Part shown: positions 19,120 through 29,294 of the stretch, in pieces
Layout of the letters: the number at the start of each line of letters is the position of its first letter
Position numbering within the stretch: the stretch's first letter is position 1
Source of the DNA: a virus
Length of the DNA stretch: 64,000 bases
Direction: 5' to 3' (one strand)
Virus record (IMG/VR): IMGVR_UViG_3300032267_001142
Span: 96,001 to 160,000 of that record
Notes under the pieces: generated by a model
Database searches by the model: none
Told to the model about the DNA's origin: nothing
The model's input: only the letters and a program-made list of their open reading frames with translations
Program-made: the position numbers and the translations under genes

Positions 19120-19526
19120 TGCCGGAAGCAAAAACAACAAAAGTTGGCAAAGTTTTCATTTTTCCGTCAAGCAAGTTCTATTATTCGATAGAATTTGTAG
19201 ACAACCTGACTGAACTGGAATCGTTTTTATCTGGTCCTTGTGAAATAAAGCCCGAAGCTTTATGTATCTCTGGGCAAATAACTCCAAGGGCTACTAATTC
19301 TGTGGGCCGGATTATCTTTAGAAGAGACTTATTCAATGTGCGTCTGGTCGTTCATGAAGCGTGCCACGCTGCACATTATATCGTTCATGGGGGCTACTTT
19401 GAATTCAAAGGCGATGCCTTTGATAAAGAAGAGCTTGTCGCGACTTTCACTGAAATGATTTTCGCGAAGACCTGCCGAGTAGTTTCTCGATTTGAAGATT
19501 TGACTGATTCCAAAAAGCGAAGATAA
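19119..19526 (+). CDS. Hypothetical protein with HExxH motif
   Basis: VVHEACHAAH...EELVA. Confidence 0.6.
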   Translation: MPEAKTTKVGKVFIFPSSKFYYSIEFVDNLTELESFLSGPCEIKPEALCISGQITPRATNSVGRIIFRRDLFNVRLVVHEACHAAHYIVHGGYFEFKGDAFDKEELVATFTEMIFAKTCRVVSRFEDLTDSKKRR

Positions 19527-19990
19527 TGGCAGAAATGAAAGCGAACGCAAACAGTTTGTATTTAATGGTCGGGGCTCCAGCTTCAGGAAAGAGCACTTTT
19601 TCCATTCTCGATGCCGAGAAGAAAAGAGCCATCCGACTCAGCAGCGACGAGCTGCGTGCCACGATTGGTAAAAACGAAGAAGACCAAACCGTTACGGGCA
19701 AAGTTTTTGACTTTATTAAGGCCGCTGTCAAATACTTTCTGCGCGGAGGGTTTTCCGTCATCGTAGACGCCACGAACATCAATAAGAAAAACAGAGCGGA
19801 CTATCTCCGCATAGCCACGGAACTTAATGTGTCAGCGGTCGCTGTATGCTTTGAGGTGCCCGTCGAAGAGCTGAAGAAACGAAATTCCGAAAGGGCGCGC
19901 CAAGTGCCCGAATGGGTTATCGACAGATTTGTCAACTCGTACGAGCGCCCCACCCTATCTGAGGGCTTTTCGCGCATAGAAATGAGATAA
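19526..19990 (+). CDS. Polynucleotide kinase-like P-loop kinase (AAA_33)
   Basis: GAPASGKST, SSDELR, IVDATN, RN..R.R.VP. Confidence 0.85.
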   Translation: MAEMKANANSLYLMVGAPASGKSTFSILDAEKKRAIRLSSDELRATIGKNEEDQTVTGKVFDFIKAAVKYFLRGGFSVIVDATNINKKNRADYLRIATELNVSAVAVCFEVPVEELKKRNSERARQVPEWVIDRFVNSYERPTLSEGFSRIEMR

Positions 19991-19992
19991 CA

Positions 19993-20649
19993 ATGTTAAA
20001 AAATATCCACTTAACCACAAAAAACGGCAGCAACGTCTGGTTCTGCTCTGATACCCACTTCGGGCATGATAAGGAATTCATTATCAAGCCAAGGGGTTTC
20101 AATTCCATTCAGGAACACGATGCCGCTATCATAAAAGCTTGGAACGAGCGCGTGAAACCCTCCGACGCTGTCGTATTCCTAGGGGACTTCAGCCTGCGTT
20201 CGAGTGTAGAGCGGACAAAAGAGCTTCTGAATCTTCTGCATGGAACGATTTACTACATTTGGGGAAATCACGAAAGCTACGCTACGAGGATTTACAAAGA
20301 GGAACTCAACAAAGAGTTCGGCCACGCGAATTTCGAGATTTATCCCTTGAAGTGGAACAATAAAGTTGTATTCTTGGGCTCTGTAGCGAATGTTGTTGTC
20401 GATGGTCAGTTCATCGTGTGCTCTCATTTCCCATTTAGAATCTGGGAACACTGTCACCACGGGTCTTGGAATCTGAGCGGTCATAGCCACAGCAACGACA
20501 AAGAAAGAAACCCTGACCACACCGAGGGCAAGTGCCTCGATTGCGGCATTGATAACTTCTCCGGCCCGATAAGCTTCGCGGAAGTTTCTGAGAAACTCAA
20601 AAACCGAACGGTGGTCGCGTTAGACCATCACAATAGAAAAACCACATAA
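19993..20649 (+). CDS. Calcineurin-like phosphoesterase (RNA-repair-type)
   Basis: SDTHFGH, LGDF, GNHE, SHFP, GHSH; adjacent to the kinase. Confidence 0.85.
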   Translation: MLKNIHLTTKNGSNVWFCSDTHFGHDKEFIIKPRGFNSIQEHDAAIIKAWNERVKPSDAVVFLGDFSLRSSVERTKELLNLLHGTIYYIWGNHESYATRIYKEELNKEFGHANFEIYPLKWNNKVVFLGSVANVVVDGQFIVCSHFPFRIWEHCHHGSWNLSGHSHSNDKERNPDHTEGKCLDCGIDNFSGPISFAEVSEKLKNRTVVALDHHNRKTT

Positions 20650-20650
20650 C

Positions 20651-21595
20651 ATGAGTACTAATAAAGACCTATCTGTCGGAGTTATCGTCGGGCGCTTTCA
20701 ATGCGTGAATTTACACGCTGGGCACCGTTTCATTTTCGATGAGGTTATACGAAAACATAGCCGCGTCATTGTCTTCCTCGCTACAGGAGTACTGAAGGCG
20801 ACCGGAAATAATACGCTCTCCTATGCGGAACGCGAAAAGATGATACGCGAAGTATATCCTGACTTGGAAATTCATGAGTTGGAGAATCATCAGTCTGACC
20901 ACGAGTGGAGTCTGAACTTGGATAGGAAAATAGCTAGAGCAATACCTTTCGGAGTAAAGGCGCTGTTGTATTGTGGCAGAGAAGGTTTTAACAAGTACTA
21001 TTCGGGGAGTATAAGCGTGAACGTATTAAAAGCTCCAGAAGAGATTCTTGATTCTGCAACCGACCAAAGAAGAGAGGCTATATTCACTCCCATTTCGGAG
21101 AGAAATGCGTCGTTCCGAGCTGGCGCAATTTCGGCGGCTAATTCGCGCCCACCTACAGCCTATCAGACAGTAGACGTGGCGATACTTGATAAGAGCGGAC
21201 AAATCTTGTTGGCCGGAAAGCCGACGGACCCGCCGCATCTGTGGAGATTTGTGGGGGGTTTTTCCGAGCCTAGCTCACCGTCGCTAGAGCACGACGCTCT
21301 GAAAGAGGCGCGTGAAGAAGCGGGGCTTGAGGTCGCAAATCCCAAATATGTAGGTAGCCTTCTAACTGGCGACTGGAGATATCGTTGGGAAAAGGACAAA
21401 ATCAAGACCGCGCTATTTACGGTAGATTACGTCTTTGGAGCTGCGGTAGCGGGCGATGACGTTAGCCGCGTGCGGTGGTTTAACATCAAGGACGTGACAC
21501 TCGACATGATTGTTGAAGGCCATAGGCCGCTATGGGAAATGCTCAAAAGACATCTCGAAGATAAGAGTTGTCGTCCTGCACAAAGCGTAGTATAA
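20651..21595 (+). CDS. nadM: Bifunctional NMN adenylyltransferase / Nudix ADP-ribose pyrophosphatase
   Basis: GRFQ..HAGH nucleotidyltransferase motif, GGF...ALKEAREEAG Nudix box. Confidence 0.9.
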   Translation: MSTNKDLSVGVIVGRFQCVNLHAGHRFIFDEVIRKHSRVIVFLATGVLKATGNNTLSYAEREKMIREVYPDLEIHELENHQSDHEWSLNLDRKIARAIPFGVKALLYCGREGFNKYYSGSISVNVLKAPEEILDSATDQRREAIFTPISERNASFRAGAISAANSRPPTAYQTVDVAILDKSGQILLAGKPTDPPHLWRFVGGFSEPSSPSLEHDALKEAREEAGLEVANPKYVGSLLTGDWRYRWEKDKIKTALFTVDYVFGAAVAGDDVSRVRWFNIKDVTLDMIVEGHRPLWEMLKRHLEDKSCRPAQSVV

Positions 21596-21605
21596 AAGAC
21601 CCATC

Positions 21606-23036
21606 ATGAAGCCAAAAATGAAAGACAACACGGTATTCCTACTTGATTCTTACAAAATCGCGCATCCTAAAATGTTGCCCGAAGGAACAACTGGCGCATT
21701 TTCTTATGGCGAATCGCGTAAAGGCGCTCGTTACCCCTATACTGCGCTTTTCGGTCTTAGATATATCCTGCAAACTCATTTGGCTGGGCCGCGAGTTACT
21801 CCTGAAAAAATCGCTCAAGCGAACGAGCTTCTGACTGAGCATTTCAAATTCTGCGGTGATGTTTATGACGCCCGCATCTGGGAATACATTCTGAGAGAGT
21901 ATAACGGGCGACTTCCGTTGACAATTCGCGCCGTTCGTGAAGGAACGAAAGTGCCTACCGCTAACATGATGGTCAGTGTAGAGACTAGCGACAAAAACTG
22001 CGCGTGGCTCGTCGGTGGCGTTGAAACGGTATTGCAGCAAATGTGGTATCCTTCTACGGTTGCGACGCGTAGTCGATGCATCATCGACATCATCAAGGCT
22101 TACTTCAAGAGAACTGTTGATGACGATTTGCAGTGGCTTGCGGATTATTATTTGCACGACTTCGGGCAGAGGGCCGCGACGTGTATGGAGGCGGCTGGCC
22201 TAGGGGGAATGTCGCATCTACTCAACAGCAAGGGCACGGACACTCTTATGGGTATGGCTTATGCTATTGACGAATATGACGCAAGCCCTAAAGATTTGGC
22301 ATATTCGGTTCCTGCTAGTGAGCACCTGATTGCCACGTCGCTAGGTAAAGCTGGAGAATTTGCGGTAGCCAAGAGGCTCTTGCAGCTTTTTCCGAAGGGC
22401 ATATTGTCGCATGTTTCGGATAGCTATAACATCACTGAGGCAATCAGGATGTATAACGAAGACCCCGAGTTCCGCCGACTTATCTTGGCGAGGGATGGTA
22501 AATTCGTAGCTAGACCCGATAGTCCACGCTTTGAGCAGGACACGCCGCAAGACCAGATTCTTTGGATTACCCAACAGTGGGACAAGGGTTACGGCCACCG
22601 CGTAAACACTAAGGGCTATAAAGATTTGGACCCTCATGTCGGAACTATCTACGGAGATAGCCTTACAGAGGACAATATTGAGGACACGCTTAGTCTGCTA
22701 GAACAAAACGGTTATAGCGCGTTGGCGAGCGTTTTCGGATGTGGTGGTTATTTAATCCAGCGGATGCACCGCGATACTCAGCGTCAAGCTTTCAAGTGCA
22801 GCGCCCTCATGCACGACGGCGAGTGGCGCGATATCTGTAAAGAGCCGCTGGATAAGACGAAGGTTTCCAAGAAAGGGCGGCTCAAGCTCATCAAGAACGA
22901 ATATGGAGACTTTGAAACGGTTCCGTTTGAAGTGGACAAGCCCGACCAGATGGTTACGGTGTTCAAGAACGGCAACATGATGAACGTGGAAAACTTCGCG
23001 CAAATCAGACGCCGCATCAACGGAGAAATAGAATGA
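21606..23036 (+). CDS. nadV: Nicotinamide phosphoribosyltransferase
   Basis: DSYK..H, LHDFGQR, SVPASEH, VSDSY, RPDS, YGDS, FGCGG.L. Confidence 0.93.
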   Translation: MKPKMKDNTVFLLDSYKIAHPKMLPEGTTGAFSYGESRKGARYPYTALFGLRYILQTHLAGPRVTPEKIAQANELLTEHFKFCGDVYDARIWEYILREYNGRLPLTIRAVREGTKVPTANMMVSVETSDKNCAWLVGGVETVLQQMWYPSTVATRSRCIIDIIKAYFKRTVDDDLQWLADYYLHDFGQRAATCMEAAGLGGMSHLLNSKGTDTLMGMAYAIDEYDASPKDLAYSVPASEHLIATSLGKAGEFAVAKRLLQLFPKGILSHVSDSYNITEAIRMYNEDPEFRRLILARDGKFVARPDSPRFEQDTPQDQILWITQQWDKGYGHRVNTKGYKDLDPHVGTIYGDSLTEDNIEDTLSLLEQNGYSALASVFGCGGYLIQRMHRDTQRQAFKCSALMHDGEWRDICKEPLDKTKVSKKGRLKLIKNEYGDFETVPFEVDKPDQMVTVFKNGNMMNVENFAQIRRRINGEIE

Positions 23037-23212
23037 GCGCCGGAAAGGGAGACAAGCCTAGAAATCTAGGCCCGAACTTCAAGAAGAACTACGACTTGAT
23101 TAAATGGAAAAAGACCTCGCAAACAGACCACAAGAGTCGATGTGGCAAGCCTTCAACAGAATTGAAGAAGAACTCGAAAAAGAAATCACCGAGTGGGAAC
23201 GAGCCAACCTAG
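23033..23212 (+). CDS. Small basic hypothetical protein (59 aa)
   Basis: Hand-translated MSAGKGDKPRNLGPNFKKNYDLIKW..., ATGA-coupled to nadV; overlaps the 5' part of the thyA ORF. Confidence 0.45.
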   Translation: MSAGKGDKPRNLGPNFKKNYDLIKWKKTSQTDHKSRCGKPSTELKKNSKKKSPSGNEPT

Positions 23213-24072
23213 TGCAAAACAACGCCGATAAAAGATATTTCGAGCTAGTCAATAAAATACTAGCCGAAGGAGAATGGAAAGGCAACAGGACGGGTGTAGA
23301 TTGTCTAGCGATTGCGGGATTCATGTTTGAACATGATATGAGCGAGGGCTTCCCTCTACTCACCAGCCGTAAGTTGCCGTTCAAAAGCACTACGGTCGAG
23401 CTAGAGTTCTTCATTAAGGGCCTCAGAAGCAAGAAGTGGCTTCAGGACCGAGGGTGTCATTATTGGGACGGGTGGTGCAATCCACAAAAAGTGGCATACG
23501 CCCATGACGAAGAGACTAAGCGCAGGATGGCAGAAGAGGACGATTTAGGTCTTATTTACGGAACGCAATGGAGAGATTTCCGTGACCCAAGCATGCCAGA
23601 CGGAAGTGGTATCGACCAACTCAAAGAAGCCGTTAATAAACTCAAAACTAATCCGCTCGACAGGAGAATGCTTGTCTCGGCTTGGAACCCGCTAGCTATA
23701 CCTCATGCGGCGCTTCCTAGCTGTCATGATGGGTTCAGAATCTCCGTCGTGAATAACAAGCTAAACTTAGCTTGGACACAGCGCTCAGTTGATGTTTGTT
23801 GCAATCAGAGCATTACAACTTACGGTCTCCTGTTGCATCTTTTAGCTAAAGAAGCGAATCTGCAAGAAGGAAAGTTGATAGGATTTTTGATGGATTGTCA
23901 TATCTACAAAAACCATTTAGACGGTATACAAAAACAACTATCTCAAAAAACTCACAACCTTCCGAGAGTTCAGACAAAGAATTTTAGTTCGATATTCGAC
24001 TGGACATATAGCGATACGTCGCTATTAGATTATCAACATAGCGAGCCGATTAGATACGAGGTTGCAATATAA
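23104..24072 (+). CDS. thyA: Thymidylate synthase (true start may be downstream)
   Basis: NRTG, FPLLT, DLG.IYG.QWR, DQL, RR..VSAWNP, LPSCH, QRSVD, DCHIYKNH. Confidence 0.95.
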   Translation: MEKDLANRPQESMWQAFNRIEEELEKEITEWERANLVQNNADKRYFELVNKILAEGEWKGNRTGVDCLAIAGFMFEHDMSEGFPLLTSRKLPFKSTTVELEFFIKGLRSKKWLQDRGCHYWDGWCNPQKVAYAHDEETKRRMAEEDDLGLIYGTQWRDFRDPSMPDGSGIDQLKEAVNKLKTNPLDRRMLVSAWNPLAIPHAALPSCHDGFRISVVNNKLNLAWTQRSVDVCCNQSITTYGLLLHLLAKEANLQEGKLIGFLMDCHIYKNHLDGIQKQLSQKTHNLPRVQTKNFSSIFDWTYSDTSLLDYQHSEPIRYEVAI

Positions 24073-24111
24073 GCCGTTGCGATTCTTAAAAACATATCGT
24101 ATAACATCAAG

Positions 24112-24579
24112 ATGAACCTCTTTTTTTTAGACCCTGACTTGCAACGCTGCGCGGAAGCCCACGTTGACCGACACGTTGTCAAAATCATCACTGAGGCTAA
24201 TCAGTGTATGGCGTGCGCCTATCCCAAAGGCGTCGCACCTTACCGCCACTCTTACACTAACCACCCGATGACCGTTTGGGTCCGCACGAACCTTGCGAAT
24301 TTTAACTGGACGGTTGAATACTGCCTAGCTCTCTGTTACGAATACACTTACCGATATGGCCGCGTCCATGCCGGAGAAAGGGTCGCCAACTGGTATAAAC
24401 AAAATCCTCCCACAATTCCTAACGGAGAATTGACAGAGCCACCGCGTTGTTTTGGGGCATTCAAAGACCAAATCAATATCACTACCAGCGTCTACGACGA
24501 TTACCGCTCATATTACAAGGTCGGCAAGAGCCATCTATTCAATTGGAAAAACCGCGCAACACCGAGTTGGCTACTATGA
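24112..24579 (+). CDS. Pyrimidine-dimer DNA glycosylase (DenV-like)
   Basis: MNLFFLD.D...A..H.D.HVVK...E..Q, HPMTVW. Confidence 0.85.
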   Translation: MNLFFLDPDLQRCAEAHVDRHVVKIITEANQCMACAYPKGVAPYRHSYTNHPMTVWVRTNLANFNWTVEYCLALCYEYTYRYGRVHAGERVANWYKQNPPTIPNGELTEPPRCFGAFKDQINITTSVYDDYRSYYKVGKSHLFNWKNRATPSWLL

Positions 24580-24758
24580 GCGATAAAAACAAAGTCAGAG
24601 CATTGATTAAGAAGACTCAGCATGTCGCTGACGCGAGAGACGCCGCCTACAGGCGAGAAGCGGCTAAAGACGCGGCAGAGCAGGAATCTACAGTCGAAGG
24701 AGCAATGCTGGCATTAAGCATACTGCTAGCAGGTTATCCCAAGGGCAGACGCTCATAA
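24576..24758 (+). CDS. Small hypothetical protein
   Basis: ATGA-coupled start at 24576. Confidence 0.55.
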   Translation: MSDKNKVRALIKKTQHVADARDAAYRREAAKDAAEQESTVEGAMLALSILLAGYPKGRRS

Positions 24759-25583
24759 ATGACAAGAGTAGTTAATAAGAAATTCACCAAAGACTTCGAC
24801 GTATTCATCGGTCGTCCGTCTTTGTTTGGCAATCCTGATGTAATCGGTATTCACGGAACCCGTGAGCAGGTAATCGCCGCTTACAAAGCCGCGTTTTACG
24901 AAAGGGTCGGCTCAGATTTGAAATTCAGAGAAGAGGTCAAAGCCTTAAAAGGCAAAACCCTTGGATGCTTTTGCAAAGACCCAAATAAGGAAGTACCGTG
25001 CCACGGCGATGTCTTCGTTGAGTTCTTGGAAGAGTGTCCAAAATTTCGAGTGGCGTGCGTGGGCAGTCGGGAGATTTCAGAAGAGAAGCGGCTTTTGCTT
25101 TCACGAGTTGGAAAGCATATCGCAGCGAGGAATTGGTGGCTGTCTTCTGGGAATGCGTTGGGAAGCGATATAGCTTATGCCTCTGGCGCGAATGAGGTAG
25201 ACCCTACCCGCGTTGTGCTTTATCTTCCTTGGCTAGCTTACAACGAGGAACATATAGTAAAAGGTAACTGGAAATCGGCGGTGATAAAGCCTGAATGGCT
25301 CGAAATAGCGAAAGAACACCACGGCAAATGGGACGCTTTAGGCCAAGGTGGTAAGAAAATGATGGGAAGAAACGTGGGAATTGTCTCTCGTGCCAATGTG
25401 GTCTTGGCAGTGCTGAATCACAACAAAGTCGGCTTTGGCGGAACCGGACAGGCGTGGAGGGTAAGCGAAAGTTTAGGATTGCCGTGTTTAGACCTTTCCT
25501 TGGATTACAAATACGAGTATATTGTTTCATTCCTAGAGGAACACTATGAGTCTACACGTCAGAAAAACATCCAGTTGTCCTAA
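24759..25583 (+). CDS. DUF4326 domain fused to a DprA/SLOG-like domain
   Basis: DVFIGRPS.FGNP...LGCFC...CHGD, then CVGSR...SGNA.GSD.A...RN. Confidence 0.8.
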   Translation: MTRVVNKKFTKDFDVFIGRPSLFGNPDVIGIHGTREQVIAAYKAAFYERVGSDLKFREEVKALKGKTLGCFCKDPNKEVPCHGDVFVEFLEECPKFRVACVGSREISEEKRLLLSRVGKHIAARNWWLSSGNALGSDIAYASGANEVDPTRVVLYLPWLAYNEEHIVKGNWKSAVIKPEWLEIAKEHHGKWDALGQGGKKMMGRNVGIVSRANVVLAVLNHNKVGFGGTGQAWRVSESLGLPCLDLSLDYKYEYIVSFLEEHYESTRQKNIQLS

Positions 25584-25767
25584 CTGCGGCGCTTCATCCG
25601 CGCCGAGCGATGCGCGGTGCGGGTATTGTGGTTCGTTTTTTATCGACTCGTATAACCGCCCAAAACAGCCACATCCAATTATGACCACGGGCTGTTACTC
25701 TAGGGCATATCCCGTTTTCACTGGAGAAATCTTTTGTTGTTCAGGTATAGCCCATCCATACGTTTAA
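25546..25767 (+). CDS. Small zinc-ribbon protein
   Basis: CPNCGA...CGYCGS. Confidence 0.5.
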   Translation: MSLHVRKTSSCPNCGASSAPSDARCGYCGSFFIDSYNRPKQPHPIMTTGCYSRAYPVFTGEIFCCSGIAHPYV

Positions 25768-26888
25768 TGAAGAGGAGGCTTGTCATATTTTGCACAGGAG
25801 GAATGGGCGACATCATCATGGCATCTCCGATGATTCGTCAGCTCACCAAAACGTATTCCGTGACGCTTGTGGCTAAGCGCTGGCATCATCCCGCGATAAT
25901 GCTGCGCGATGTTAGCACTATCTATTACGAGGAAATTAAGGGGCAAAACGTAATAAGCAAAAACCCTCAAGGTAAGACCGACTTAAACATATCCGAGTCT
26001 TTTTTCGAGGCTACCGTCCGAGGCGACTTGTGGATAGTCCCGCTGTTAGACGGTGATGTAATAGCTGGAGGGCAAATAAAGAAAAGTTCATTCCCAGTCA
26101 GTATCGTGGACGGAAAGAATATGTGCCGCAGCGATTTGCTGCTTTTGAAATATACAGATTGGGACGGAGGTAGATACGAGTTTGAATGTTCCACGACAGA
26201 AGACACGGAAGGCTACCGAATTACGCCGAGTATCGCGCTGTGCTCGTCAGCGGAAAAATTAAGGACTCTGCCGGTCGGCGCTGTTCAAAAAATACTTTCT
26301 AGGTATTCACACATAAACGCCGCAGTAATAGGAGCGGAGAAAGATTATCCTAGATTGCCTATACAAGAGATATGTGCGAGCCGAGACATAAATCTTGATT
26401 ATCGCTGCGACTCCAGAAAAGACTACGCGTCGATTCAGTGGAAATTCAAGGCTGTCGCAGATTCGGATTTGGTAATAGCGACCGATTGTGGTTGGGCGTG
26501 GATTGCGATGGCGCTCAAAATACCTGTAGTGTGGCTGGAGAGTAGGGTCTCTTACGAGCGCTTAATACCTAAGCATTATTGGGATGCCGTAAAACTCTAC
26601 AAGTCCTACAAAATAAGCTGCGATAGGATGTGTCAGGCCGGAAGGGAAGAGATGCTCGCAAGAATATATGGCGACAGCGCCAATCGCCCGAGAGAGAATT
26701 GGCAGTTCTTTAATGGTGGTCCGAAAGAATTTTCACTCAGATTGCCTGACGCACAGTCTCACTTTGATTTGGCGTGTAGGCAAAAAGAAAACGTCCCCTG
26801 CCTAGATTATAGCGAGGCTGACGTTTCACAAATACTAAGCTTAGCAGAGGAATTGGCTCCCGCGCTGAAAGGATGCAGAATACGTTGA
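25767..26888 (+). CDS. GT9-like (heptosyltransferase-type) glycosyltransferase
   Basis: GGMGDIIMASP, DLVIATDCGWAWIA.AL.IPVV. Confidence 0.75.
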   Translation: MKRRLVIFCTGGMGDIIMASPMIRQLTKTYSVTLVAKRWHHPAIMLRDVSTIYYEEIKGQNVISKNPQGKTDLNISESFFEATVRGDLWIVPLLDGDVIAGGQIKKSSFPVSIVDGKNMCRSDLLLLKYTDWDGGRYEFECSTTEDTEGYRITPSIALCSSAEKLRTLPVGAVQKILSRYSHINAAVIGAEKDYPRLPIQEICASRDINLDYRCDSRKDYASIQWKFKAVADSDLVIATDCGWAWIAMALKIPVVWLESRVSYERLIPKHYWDAVKLYKSYKISCDRMCQAGREEMLARIYGDSANRPRENWQFFNGGPKEFSLRLPDAQSHFDLACRQKENVPCLDYSEADVSQILSLAEELAPALKGCRIR

Positions 26889-26921
26889 CTCTACTGGCAT
26901 AAAGAGTAACATACAGAGAAT

Positions 26922-27212
26922 ATGGATAAGACCCAACACCTATTGACAATTCTCATGGAAGAATGCGCGGAAGTCTCGCAGCGGGCTAGTAAAGCGCTCC
27001 GCTTTGGTCTAAAAGAGCAGCAGAGCGAGCTTCACCCGCCAAACGATGAGAGGCTCACTTACGAGTTTGCCGACCTATTGGCCGTGTATCGCTGTTTGGT
27101 GGATTTGGGACTACTGAAGACGCCATCACCAGAAGATTTGGAAAAGAAGAGGATGAAGCTGGAGGAGTATACAAAGTATTCTCAATCGCTAGGAATCGTT
27201 GACCCTGATTAA
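26922..27212 (+). CDS. MazG-like protein
   Basis: LMEECAEV.Q..SKALRFG...EFADL. Confidence 0.7.
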   Translation: MDKTQHLLTILMEECAEVSQRASKALRFGLKEQQSELHPPNDERLTYEFADLLAVYRCLVDLGLLKTPSPEDLEKKRMKLEEYTKYSQSLGIVDPD

Positions 27213-27214
27213 AA

Positions 27215-27463
27215 ATGCGCCCAGCCAAAACTCATGAATTAAAAATCCTTCCGAAATACTTCGTAGCGGTAATCTCAGGCGCGAAAACGTTTGAGATTCG
27301 CGAGAAGAGGGATAGAGACTTTCAAGTAGGCGACATTCTTTGGCTAAGGCAGTATTTGCCGTACCCAGAGAACAGATTCACGGGTCTTGGCGTGTACAAG
27401 CGTGTCTCTTATATTTCCGAGTTCTTTGAAAAAGAGGGGTTCGTAGTGATGTCGATAGTATGA
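27215..27463 (+). CDS. ASCH/DUF3850 domain protein
   Basis: HELKILP.YF.AV..G.KTFEIR...RDFQVGD. Confidence 0.85.
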   Translation: MRPAKTHELKILPKYFVAVISGAKTFEIREKRDRDFQVGDILWLRQYLPYPENRFTGLGVYKRVSYISEFFEKEGFVVMSIV

Positions 27464-27864
27464 ACAATATCAGATATCGAGTTTGGGACATCAAGAATAA
27501 ATCGTTCACAAACGATGATTCTATTTGCGTGTCGCCGCTAGGCAAGGTTTTCTCTATTCGTGATTATACGAGAGACGTATCGGACAGATTCATTATTCAG
27601 CGGTTTACTGGCGTCAAAGATAGCGTCGGCGTGGATATTTACGAAGGTGACATTGTTAAAACAGACCCGAAGCATATCACCGTCTCTTTGTGTGACGTTT
27701 CTGAATATACGCATGGGGAAGTCCGTTGGTTTAACTCCTCGTTCAAAGTCTGTCAAGAGTTTATAGGCGCGGCGTATCTTAACGATTATGTCACTTGTAA
27801 CTGCTGCGGCTGTGGCTTGACGATAATTGGAAACGTATTCAATACACCTTACCCTTGTGAATAA
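27460..27864 (+). CDS. YopX family protein
   Basis: RYRVWD...Q.FTG.KD..G.DIYEGDIV...IIGNVF. Confidence 0.85.
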   Translation: MNNIRYRVWDIKNKSFTNDDSICVSPLGKVFSIRDYTRDVSDRFIIQRFTGVKDSVGVDIYEGDIVKTDPKHITVSLCDVSEYTHGEVRWFNSSFKVCQEFIGAAYLNDYVTCNCCGCGLTIIGNVFNTPYPCE

Positions 27865-27870
27865 CAAAAG

Positions 27871-28476
27871 ATGAGCGACAAATACAAGATTAACGAAGTC
27901 TATACTCTACGAGTTTTTTCTGAGCCGGAAGAAATGGAATACCTAGGAAAGATTCAAAACTCTAAAACTAACGGCGCGGACACTTCAATTGTTTTTGAAG
28001 TGTTTCGTCGCATGTCTTTCGGAAGATTAGATTTGATGGCGCTAGCCAGTAATAAGTTCATCGCTAGGTCATACGACGGGACTATAGAGGGATTGTTGGC
28101 GGAGATTAGGAAAGGATTGACATTCTTCGGAAGTGGTCACGACTCCATCACAGTCGGCGACAAGAAACTACAAATAGGAGAGTTCAAAGCTCAGGTCGCC
28201 GGTTTATTAACCGACGAGCAGATTGAAGAGAGTGTTTTACGAGGTCGTTACGACGCAATAAATAACGGACATGGTGAAGTGAAGTGGTGCCCATCTTGCG
28301 GAAGGGTATCGCAGACTAGCTGCGCTGCCTGTGGTTGCGGTAATTGTAAGACTTGCGGACATCGTTGGACGTGCCAAACACCATTTATGCAAGTTGTAAA
28401 TCTTCTCTCTCCTTTCTCCAAGTTTTTTATTGACAAATCTGAAAATCAGTGTAATATAACAGCGCCTAGGAATTAG
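27871..28476 (+). CDS. Hypothetical protein with C-terminal Cys-rich Zn finger
   Basis: CPSCG...CAACGCGNCKTCG. Confidence 0.65.
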   Translation: MSDKYKINEVYTLRVFSEPEEMEYLGKIQNSKTNGADTSIVFEVFRRMSFGRLDLMALASNKFIARSYDGTIEGLLAEIRKGLTFFGSGHDSITVGDKKLQIGEFKAQVAGLLTDEQIEESVLRGRYDAINNGHGEVKWCPSCGRVSQTSCAACGCGNCKTCGHRWTCQTPFMQVVNLLSPFSKFFIDKSENQCNITAPRN

Positions 28477-28520
28477 CCTCGGCAGAACAAGTCCTCATTA
28501 GTGGGGCGAAAACAAAAAAA

Positions 28521-29252
28521 ATGTCAAATAAAGCAAACGCTTTGTCCGTTCTAGTAAACGGTCGTAACTGCAAGACCTATGGAAAAGATGGAAGGGTCTT
28601 CATTGAAGGCCGCAAAGGGTCCGAATACTCTATCAGGATTACCAATGACCGTATCCGCAGGGTTTTGGCCGTCATTACGGTAGACGGAATCAACGTCATC
28701 AGCGGCAATCTCGGCGGCGATGGTGATGAGGGTTACGTGATTGAGCCGTTCTCCAAGGCTGAGATTAAAGGGTTCCGCACTTCGGAAAGCGAAGTCCACC
28801 CGTTCCTGTTCAGCGACAAGGATAAAAGCTACGCCGCGAAAACCGATACCGAAGGTTCCAGTGACCGTAATTGTGGAGTTATTGCGGTTAAGCTATTTCA
28901 GGAATATCGTCCCGAACCGACTTACATGATGCGCAAGAAATCTCTGTCGCCAGACTGGGATTTATCAACAATGAGAGGCGCGCACGATGCACAGTATAGG
29001 TCTTGTCTGACCTCCTGCGCCTCGCTTAATGAGGTAGGCTCTTTTGATTTGGGCACCAAGTTTGCCGATGAGGCAATTACCGACACCGTTACCACAGTGT
29101 CCTTTACTAAGGGGTCGCTCATTGGAATTGATGAGATTTACTACGCGTCTTTCTCCGAGCTAGAGAAGATGGGCGTCATTGATAAGTCCCCGAAGGTAGC
29201 TTTCCCTCAAGCTTTCCCTGAAAGGAAATTCTGCAAGCCTCCGAAAAAGTAA
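28521..29252 (+). CDS. Hypothetical protein
   Basis: 243-aa ORF downstream of a TTGACA promoter-like site at 28430. Confidence 0.75.
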   Translation: MSNKANALSVLVNGRNCKTYGKDGRVFIEGRKGSEYSIRITNDRIRRVLAVITVDGINVISGNLGGDGDEGYVIEPFSKAEIKGFRTSESEVHPFLFSDKDKSYAAKTDTEGSSDRNCGVIAVKLFQEYRPEPTYMMRKKSLSPDWDLSTMRGAHDAQYRSCLTSCASLNEVGSFDLGTKFADEAITDTVTTVSFTKGSLIGIDEIYYASFSELEKMGVIDKSPKVAFPQAFPERKFCKPPKK

Positions 29253-29294
29253 AAAGCTCTTGCAAAGGCGAAAAAGAGAGCTAGTATAGGATAT

